DNA of 40,000 nucleotides, from positions 773,747 to 813,746 of the forward strand of contig JABTUK010000005.1 of NCBI GenBank assembly GCA_015075405.1. The letters run 5' to 3'. The translations under genes were made by a program, and so were the position numbers. The DNA is from Anaerolineales bacterium (lineage in GTDB: Bacteria > Chloroflexota > Anaerolineae > 4572-78 > J111). Under the pieces are notes generated by a model that was not told the DNA's origin, searched no databases, and worked only from the letters and a program-made list of their open reading frames with translations. Shown piece by piece: positions 33,727 through 39,877 of the stretch; position 1 is the stretch's first letter; every line of letters starts with the position of its first letter.

Positions 33727-35447
33727 TGTCAATCGGCCAAACCGCCGACGGCAAGCCGTTCACGCTGCCGTCTGATGCCGTGACCCAAAAATTCGCCTTT
33801 CTGGCTCAATCCGGCGCAGGAAAATCGTATGCCGCGATGAAACTGGCTGAGGCATTTCTGACTATCGGGGCGCAAATCATTGCGCTTGACCCTGTGGGGG
33901 TGTGGTGGGGGCTACGCGTCGCGGCTGATGGCAAGAAAGCCGGTTTTCCCATCGCTGTCTTTGGTGGGGATTACGGCGATCTGCCTCTCCCGGCTACCAG
34001 CGGCGCCCTGGTAGCCGATCTCCTGGTCGAACATCGCATTGGCGCGGTGCTGGATGTGTCCGCGTTCGAGCTGCCCGATCAGCGGCGTTTTGTGGCCGCG
34101 TTTGCCGAACGATTCTTTCAGGCCAAAAAACGCGCCCGCAGCCCGGTCCATCTTTTCCTGGAGGAAGCGCAAACTTTTGCCCCCCTGCGCCCCGAAAGAG
34201 ACGAGACGGTGATGCTGAACCGGGTGGAGCGCCTGGCCCGGCTGGGTCGCAACTACGGCGTGGGCTGGTCGGTCATCTCGCAGCGACCGCAAGAAGTTCA
34301 CACGAAGGTGCGCAACCAGGCCGGAACGCTGATTGCAATGCGGACCATCGGCCCGCACGAACGCAAGGCCGTGGCCGAATGGATGAACGATAACGCCACC
34401 ACGCCAGCAGACCTGGACCTGGTTAATGATTTGCCAACGCTGGAAACCGGCGAAGCTCACATCTATAGCCCGTCATTCCTCAAAATTTCCACGCGGATAC
34501 GAATTGGCCGGCGGCAAACCTTTGATTCTTCAGCCACTCCCGAAGATGGCATCACCACTGCCCAACCCCGCCCCCTGGCCCCGGCCGATTTAGAGGCGCT
34601 GCGCCAGGCCATGCAGCAGGTGGTTCAGGAGGCCGAGGCCCGCGATCCGGTGGTGCTGCAACGCAAGATTGTTCAGCTTGAAAAAGAGCTGAGGGCGAAA
34701 GCAAAGGTAGAGCGGGTTGTCGAGCGGGTGGAGGTGCCGGTACTGCAAGATGAGCAAATCACCCAGTTGCAGCAGGCAATCAGCAGTTTAGCTGACATGG
34801 GGCAGCAGTTGGTCAGTGTAGCGCAAGACTTGGGGACGGCGCTGGCCAGGGTAGTGTCTAGCTCCGCTCCGCCGCCTGTTTCGGCTCCGTCTGTTTCGCC
34901 CCCAGAGGCCCGGCCTACATCTCGACATGTCAAACCATCTCCCGCACCCAGGAGAGCCGACTCAGACATACCACAACTTCGTGCTGGGGAACGGCGCATG
35001 TTGGAAACACTGGCTCGACGTTATCCTCTGCGCGTGACCCGCGCCCAATTGGGTACTCTGGCCGGATTTACTCCGTCAGGCGGGACTTTCGGAACCTATT
35101 TTGGCACCCTCAAACGGGCCGGATTGATTGAGGAAAGTAGTGGGGAGATCCAGGTCACTCAGGCAGGGCTGGATTACTTGGGTTACACCACGCCGCCAGC
35201 GCCGCAAACAACCGAGGAGATTCTGGCCATGTGGCGGGAAGCCTTGCGAGCGGGAGAGCGTAAAATGCTGGATGAATTAGTTGCTGTTTATCCTGACTCG
35301 CTTTCCCGTGAGGAGTTGGGAACACGAGCCGGGTTTACGGTGAGCGGAGGTACGTTTGGGACGTACCTGGGAACGCTGCGCCGGAATGGGCTGGTGGAGG
35401 TGGACGGCGACCAGGTGCGGGCCAGCGAAACCCTGTTCTTAAGTTGA
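33723..35447 (+). CDS. HerA/FtsK-like P-loop ATPase with two C-terminal winged-helix repeats (candidate dsDNA translocase/transfer protein)
   Basis: Walker A FLAQSGAGKSYAA. Walker B VHLFLEEAQ. Tandem ~75-aa repeats (ERRMLETLARRYP...GFTPSGGTFGTYFGTLKRAGLIE and ERKMLDELVAVYP...GFTVSGGTFGTYLGTLRRNGLVE). Confidence 0.75.
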   Translation: MMSIGQTADGKPFTLPSDAVTQKFAFLAQSGAGKSYAAMKLAEAFLTIGAQIIALDPVGVWWGLRVAADGKKAGFPIAVFGGDYGDLPLPATSGALVADLLVEHRIGAVLDVSAFELPDQRRFVAAFAERFFQAKKRARSPVHLFLEEAQTFAPLRPERDETVMLNRVERLARLGRNYGVGWSVISQRPQEVHTKVRNQAGTLIAMRTIGPHERKAVAEWMNDNATTPADLDLVNDLPTLETGEAHIYSPSFLKISTRIRIGRRQTFDSSATPEDGITTAQPRPLAPADLEALRQAMQQVVQEAEARDPVVLQRKIVQLEKELRAKAKVERVVERVEVPVLQDEQITQLQQAISSLADMGQQLVSVAQDLGTALARVVSSSAPPPVSAPSVSPPEARPTSRHVKPSPAPRRADSDIPQLRAGERRMLETLARRYPLRVTRAQLGTLAGFTPSGGTFGTYFGTLKRAGLIEESSGEIQVTQAGLDYLGYTTPPAPQTTEEILAMWREALRAGERKMLDELVAVYPDSLSREELGTRAGFTVSGGTFGTYLGTLRRNGLVEVDGDQVRASETLFLS

Positions 35448-35450
35448 AAA

Positions 35451-35474
35451 GCCTCCTTCCACGTGGAAGGAGGC
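35451..35474. terminator. Perfect 24-nt palindrome; likely terminator after the ATPase gene
   Basis: gcctccttccacgtggaaggaggc followed by tttgtattt. A related hairpin (gccccttccgcgtggaaggggc) is at about 39933-39954. Confidence 0.6.
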
Positions 35475-35546
35475 TTTGTATTTAGTCGGCGAAGGAGTAA
35501 TACTAACGCCTCACGGATCACCTGCTGCCGCCGAGACTCCACGATT

Positions 35547-36164
35547 TTATTTAGGTAATATCAGTGTCTCATTTTCCTCAAGTTCTTCGGTGTCTACTTT
35601 ACCTCCATAAGAATAAATTACTACCAACTTCTTTCGCTCACCAGGAGGTGTATCACCGAGAACTCTCTTGTGCGCCTGCATTTCAAGTCTTCCTGCTGAT
35701 ATGTTTGCCCTCACCTTATGAGTAACATTATTCATTTTGTCTTTTGCACCCCATACCGCATGATGAATGGTTAAAGTTAAAAAGGGAGACTGAGCATCTT
35801 GTAGACCAGTTATTAGTTTATCCCAAAGTTGGGGGTCTTTATAATCTACATATTGAAGAGTTTTCAATCGAGGGTGCAGTTCATCAGGCTTAATGTCTAT
35901 TAACGGAATCACCCTCACTCCTGCCCCGTATGCAAAAGCCCACTCGTAAGTTACATACTCTGACGCTTTGGCTTCCGGTGTCATTATAACAATGAGTGCA
36001 ATAGATTTTCTAATTTCCTCATCAATTTTCTTTCGCCAGTCTATTCCAACATGTATATTACGATCTATCCAAACATCAAAACCTGCTTCTTTAAGTTTGA
36101 TCTCCAAAGGTTGAACAAAGTCAATCTGATCACGTTGGTAGGAAATAAAGATTTGGGGCAACAT
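35547..36164 (-). CDS. TIR-domain protein with a C-terminal beta-rich domain
   Basis: IFISYQRDQIDFVQPLEIKLKEAGFDVWIDRNI...IALIVIMTPEAKASEYVTYEWAFA (TIR_2-like, with the conserved Glu). C-terminal LTIHHAVWGAKDKMNNVTHKV...LGDTPPGERKKLVVIYSYGG. Confidence 0.85.
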   Translation of the reverse strand: MLPQIFISYQRDQIDFVQPLEIKLKEAGFDVWIDRNIHVGIDWRKKIDEEIRKSIALIVIMTPEAKASEYVTYEWAFAYGAGVRVIPLIDIKPDELHPRLKTLQYVDYKDPQLWDKLITGLQDAQSPFLTLTIHHAVWGAKDKMNNVTHKVRANISAGRLEMQAHKRVLGDTPPGERKKLVVIYSYGGKVDTEELEENETLILPK

Positions 36165-36216
36165 TCACCTCGCTCATCTTCGTTCAAGGAACCTTATTAG
36201 TAACCTACTATCCACT

Positions 36217-36627
36217 TTACAATGATAAATAAATACTGATGAAAGTAACTAAGATAATGGAAACCAGTATAACGCCATGAAAAGCAACGAGTGTTTTTGA
36301 AAGAGTTACGGAAGCCCAGGGAGCAACTTCGTCTTTGACTTTGGAGACATTCATTGAGAAGTCTATCTCTTCCTCGGATAATCCGCGAACGTAGTCATAA
36401 AGTTTTCTGAATAACCTCTCCTGGTGTAAAAAGTATCCATCAAGACCCCAGAAAACTATTGCTGGAAAATAAGCAAGATATACAAACAATAATTGCTTAC
36501 CCCCAGCTGCCAATGCAAACATTGCGGAAATTAGCACAACACTCCAGCCCTTTAATAAGAACGAGTTGGAAGAGAGCCGATTGACTACTCCCTGAATCAT
36601 TTCCAGGTGTGCAAGTTTGTTCGACAT
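36217..36627 (-). CDS. Small three-TM membrane protein, upstream partner of the TIR gene
   Basis: Start set at the ATG at 36627, which has AAGGAGG 6 nt upstream. TM segments GWSVVLISAMFALAAG, LLFVYLAYFPAIVFWGL and LVAFHGVILVSIILVTFISIYL. 52-nt gap to the TIR start. Confidence 0.65.
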   Translation of the reverse strand: MSNKLAHLEMIQGVVNRLSSNSFLLKGWSVVLISAMFALAAGGKQLLFVYLAYFPAIVFWGLDGYFLHQERLFRKLYDYVRGLSEEEIDFSMNVSKVKDEVAPWASVTLSKTLVAFHGVILVSIILVTFISIYLSL

Positions 36628-36648
36628 ATTTGCCTCCTTTTTAGTCTC

Positions 36649-36703
36649 TAACATCGCCGTTCAGTTGCACGGACCGCGCATGTCAACTGCATCAGCGATG
36701 TTA
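36649..36703 (-). promoter_or_regulatory. 55-nt hairpin immediately upstream of the 3-TM gene RBS
   Basis: taacatcgc...gcgatgtta outer stem with an inner cagttgca / tgtcaactg stem. No U-tract. Confidence 0.45.
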
Positions 36704-36759
36704 GCCAGTTTACCCTTTAATATCTTGTAGTTTCTGCTTTATGAGATCCGTAATCTCAA

Positions 36760-37095
36760 TTATCGAGTAGTCCTTTGAATTAATATAGCCAACTGTGGGA
36801 AGTATTTCTTTGAGTTCCGTATCATCAGTTGGGAATATGATAAATCTGCCTCAATCAAATAAGCCTGGTACATTTGGGCTTCGTTGAAATTACATTTGTG
36901 GAGGCTGGCCTTGACCAATTTAGCTTTTCTCAGATTAGCTGCTCTAAAATCGTAGCAGTTGTTAATTACTGGGTGAGTCTCTGACGGTTTACCATGAACC
37001 TTCAGAAAAGTGATTTCCTGTCGGTATTTGCCAATTCGCCATCTTGTAAACCATTCGCTTTTTCGCAGTTCGGCTCTTTGACCTCGATTACTCAT
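36760..37095 (-). CDS. Short pentapeptide-repeat-like protein
   Basis: 111-aa ORF. FRAANLRKAKLVKASLHKCNFNEAQMYQAYLIEADLSYSQL has the A(D/N)LxX periodicity. A TATAAT lies about 25 nt upstream. Confidence 0.4.
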   Translation of the reverse strand: MSNRGQRAELRKSEWFTRWRIGKYRQEITFLKVHGKPSETHPVINNCYDFRAANLRKAKLVKASLHKCNFNEAQMYQAYLIEADLSYSQLMIRNSKKYFPQLAILIQRTTR

Positions 37096-37183
37096 ACTCT
37101 ACTCGACAAATATCTCATTATAATCAGTTACACCAAGATTCTGAGCACCGACTAGTTTTTCCATAGCTGTAAGTACCGCTATT

Positions 37184-37300
37184 AAACAAAAAGCGCCGCC
37201 CTTTGACCAGGCGGCGCAAATATGCTACCATGCACAATTAAACCGGGCTGGTGGCACACACACCTGATCCGGGTGAAGCCCCGTTGCAGCGGGGCTTTTT
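37184..37300 (+). repeat. Structured ~115-bp unit, copy A (hairpin 1, conserved linker, terminator-like hairpin plus T5); candidate small RNA or cassette boundary
   Basis: aaacaaaaagcgccgcc-ctttgacca-ggcggcgcaaatatgctac...aaaccgggctggtggcacacacacctgatccggg..agccccgttgcagcggggcttttt. Near-identical copy at 39763-39877. Confidence 0.6.
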
Positions 37301-37583
37301 CATAGTATAACATAAGCGGGCTGGATTGACAACAAAAACAAAAACGGGTAAACCTTTTAGATTACCCGCGAAGTTGGCGCTGGCCTTTTTTAATAGCCGC
37401 TACCTTCTACATCTATTCGTTTGATTACAGCCTAGCTTTTAATGAAACTTGATGTCTACATAGCATATACAGTATTATAGGAGTTCAAACACTACTAGAT
37501 TTGGTATAGCCCGCTATAGCTACAAAAGTTCTTACCCATTTGGATGAATCCGATTAATGGTGTAGAATCATTTGCTAAATAGA

Positions 37584-37615
37584 GAAACCACCGTTGTTCG
37601 AGCAACGGTGGTTTC
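37584..37615. other. Perfect 13-bp-stem hairpin in the non-coding region
   Basis: gaaaccaccgttg-ttcgag-caacggtggtttc. Confidence 0.6.
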
Positions 37616-37743
37616 AATAGTAAGCCGGGTCTCGGTCCAGAGATAACCACGGCCTTGCTTGTTGCAAGTCGTGATTATACCCTAACGTTTCCATTTGTCA
37701 ACTATTGCCAATGGATACAGTTAATATTGCCTATCTGAGGCTT

Positions 37744-37780
37744 AGACCCGGCTATCTAATAGTCGGGTCTTTTATTGTTT
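37744..37780 (+). terminator. Intrinsic-terminator-like hairpin with T-rich tail, upstream of the 182-aa ORF
   Basis: agacccg-gctatctaatagt-cgggtct followed by tttattgttt. Confidence 0.5.
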
Positions 37781-37803
37781 GAGTTGATAAATTCAATCAA
37801 CTC
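37781..37803. promoter_or_regulatory. Perfect 8-bp-arm palindrome (candidate operator) 14 nt upstream of the RBS
   Basis: gagttgat-aaattca-atcaactc, then gtaAGGAGGctatATG. Confidence 0.4.
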
Positions 37804-37828
37804 TCAATTGTAGCTGTAAGGAGGCTAT

Positions 37829-38377
37829 ATGTTGAAACTGTATGCTAACGAGTTCTCTGAAATCCCCATAGTGCTTTCTAAAAGAGCAGACTTACGTGGG
37901 GCAATGATTAAATTAGTTGAAACGGAATCAGTAGCTGGCAAAGTTACGGAGGGGGGAAACCGACTTGATCTATTTAGATCAGTATTAAAGCCACTAATTA
38001 TTGGTGAATTGACTCTCACTAATGCATACCAGAGGACAATGCTTCACCTTACCAGAGAGAACTCAATCCATGCTGGTAACAATAAGGTTTTTGCAACTGG
38101 GTGGGCTGAAAGGCTTGTACGTACCCAGTATAGCCGATTTTACAACCAAGCTGTAATGGAAGAGTTACTTGCAAAGGGACAGACAGAATGTTTTGTTCCA
38201 CATTCATCTGAAGAGAACGTAGGCTCGAAGTGCTCACTCTATTTGGCTGGGAAAGCACATAATCTCAAGGCTCTTTATAATCTTTTAATTTCCTCTTATG
38301 CAAAAGGTTCTTGGGACAGCTCTCCCAAGATACCCGATCATCCCCATTGTACCCATGTGGTAACTCCAGTTTTATAA
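37829..38377 (+). CDS. Hypothetical 182-aa protein, family not recognised (possible Cys/His metal site near the C-terminus)
   Basis: Strong RBS AAGGAGG 4 nt upstream. AT-rich codon usage. ECFVPHS...SKCS...DHPHCTHV. The TIR-like gene follows 19 nt later. Confidence 0.65.
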   Translation: MLKLYANEFSEIPIVLSKRADLRGAMIKLVETESVAGKVTEGGNRLDLFRSVLKPLIIGELTLTNAYQRTMLHLTRENSIHAGNNKVFATGWAERLVRTQYSRFYNQAVMEELLAKGQTECFVPHSSEENVGSKCSLYLAGKAHNLKALYNLLISSYAKGSWDSSPKIPDHPHCTHVVTPVL

Positions 38378-38396
38378 CAAGGAAGTTTGTTACATT

Positions 38397-38921
38397 ATGA
38401 CGTACTTGAAAGAAGATCAACTTCGGAATATAGCCAAATTTAGAGGTAATTCTAGATTCTTAGAGTCTACCAAATCAGTGGCCAAGGTAAGTATATTTCT
38501 TTCCCACAGTCACAGGGATAGAGAGATTGTCGAGGGATTTATTACTTTATTGGCAAATTCCAGTCAGATTACAATTTATGTAGACTGGCAAGATGGAGAC
38601 ATGCCTAGAATAACAAATAGAGATACAGCTCAACGAATTAAGTTAAAGATAGGGGAACTTAATCTCTTTATGATTCTTGCCACAAAAAATGCCATGAATT
38701 CTAAATGGGTTCCCTGGGAGATTGGTGTTGCTGACAGCAAAAAGCCTCTAAATAGAATTCTTGTTGTCCCTGTTGCAGACCCTAGTGGACACTTTTATGG
38801 AAACGAATATATGCAATTGTATCAACGGATTGAAGTGTCTAGTAGCGGTGATTTGGGAGTATTCGAACCCAACGCGATTAGTGGATATACAGTTAAAGAA
38901 TGGTTAAAGAGCCATCTCTAA
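38397..38921 (+). CDS. Short TIR-like domain protein (ThsB-sized)
   Basis: VSIFLSHSHRDREIV...ITIYVDWQDG...LATKNAMNSKWVPWEIGVAD. Paralogous to the convergent ORF at 38931-39524. Confidence 0.75.
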   Translation: MTYLKEDQLRNIAKFRGNSRFLESTKSVAKVSIFLSHSHRDREIVEGFITLLANSSQITIYVDWQDGDMPRITNRDTAQRIKLKIGELNLFMILATKNAMNSKWVPWEIGVADSKKPLNRILVVPVADPSGHFYGNEYMQLYQRIEVSSSGDLGVFEPNAISGYTVKEWLKSHL

Positions 38922-38930
38922 ATGACTTTA

Positions 38931-39524
38931 TTAGACCATGTGTTCTGTAGGATTTTCACCTTTAAGCCAAGCAGAAAAATTTACGTATTTGTTTTCAGTC
39001 TCATTAACCCAAAGTTGGTCATTGTTTGCCCTACTGAGTGCTTTTGTGACATAGGGATAAAGCCCCAGATACTCTTGGCCTTTGTAATATTCAGAAATCG
39101 TCACTTGATCCGAAATTGGCACAATGGCAACCCGACCATGTATACCATCTCCATAACCGAGTTCCCAAGGCATCCATTTAGACTCCGGAGAATTAATGGA
39201 AATCGCATACAAGAGACATCGGCATTTTTTGATCATATAGCGTAACCATTCGGCTGTTTCTCTAGAAACCTGTGAACGATTGTAGGCAGGCTCTTCTATC
39301 CAGTCAATAAAGACTGAGCACTTGAAATTTTCGAGTTCAGTCTTAAGCCCTAAAACGTACTCTGAATCGAGGTACCTGTGAGATAGGAAAATATCAAAGT
39401 TATCACCGCTTTTAGCTTTGAATAACACATCTTCCAACAATAAAATATCGGATTCAGATTTAACCGAGTATGAATATCTAAATTTAGCTACCCTCTCTAA
39501 CTCGGGTTTACTAAATAAGGCCAT
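38931..39524 (-). CDS. Short TIR-like domain protein, paralogue of 38397-38921
   Basis: FDIFLSHRYLDSEYV...SVFIDWIEE...SINSPESKWMPWELGYGDG. Shares the AKFR, FLSH, (V/I)DW, SKWxPWExG, YxGxEYxxLY and WLK motifs with its neighbour. Confidence 0.75.
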   Translation of the reverse strand: MALFSKPELERVAKFRYSYSVKSESDILLLEDVLFKAKSGDNFDIFLSHRYLDSEYVLGLKTELENFKCSVFIDWIEEPAYNRSQVSRETAEWLRYMIKKCRCLLYAISINSPESKWMPWELGYGDGIHGRVAIVPISDQVTISEYYKGQEYLGLYPYVTKALSRANNDQLWVNETENKYVNFSAWLKGENPTEHMV

Positions 39525-39762
39525 TGAATCTCACCTTTTTAAGAAAATTCTCAAGTATAAGTAGGCCAGTTATTCCGCACAATAGTTGCTCTCTAAATGT
39601 CTCTTTAGTAATGAAAACTACAAAACACCCTTCTGACCATGCTTTAGCCTCTTATTAAATATGATAATCACTGACCCATGTATCCATAACACTGACGGCA
39701 TCCATAAGATTTGCCCCACGAAGGCATCAAAATTGATGGTGCCACGGTCCTAAGATAACTTG

Positions 39763-39877
39763 AAACAAAAGCGCCGCCTGGTCAAAGGGCGGCGCAAATA
39801 TGCTACTAGGTACAAAATAAACCGGGCTGGTGGCACACACCTGATCCGGGCCAAGCCCCGTTGGCGTGGGGCTTTTT
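39763..39877 (+). repeat. Structured ~115-bp unit, copy B
   Basis: aaacaaaagcgccgcc-tggtcaaag-ggcggcgcaaatatgctac...aaaccgggctggtggcacacacctgatccggg..agccccgttggcgtggggcttttt. The loop of hairpin 1 is the reverse complement of the loop in copy A. Confidence 0.6.

Noticed and set aside
37184-37300. Integron attC site, or tRNA/SRP/6S-like known RNA, as the identity of the 115-bp repeated unit.
   Set aside because: No R''/L''-L'/R' attC core (GTTRRRY) arrangement is present and no integron integrase. The intervening cassette has three genes in mixed orientation. No cloverleaf or conserved SRP/6S motifs were recognised.
37096-37828. Retron-like msr/msd RNA or type III toxin-antitoxin RNA next to the TIR genes.
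   Set aside because: No reverse transcriptase ORF lies in or near the island, and no tandem antitoxin-type repeats are present. The structures are kept as a generic ncRNA/leader candidate only.
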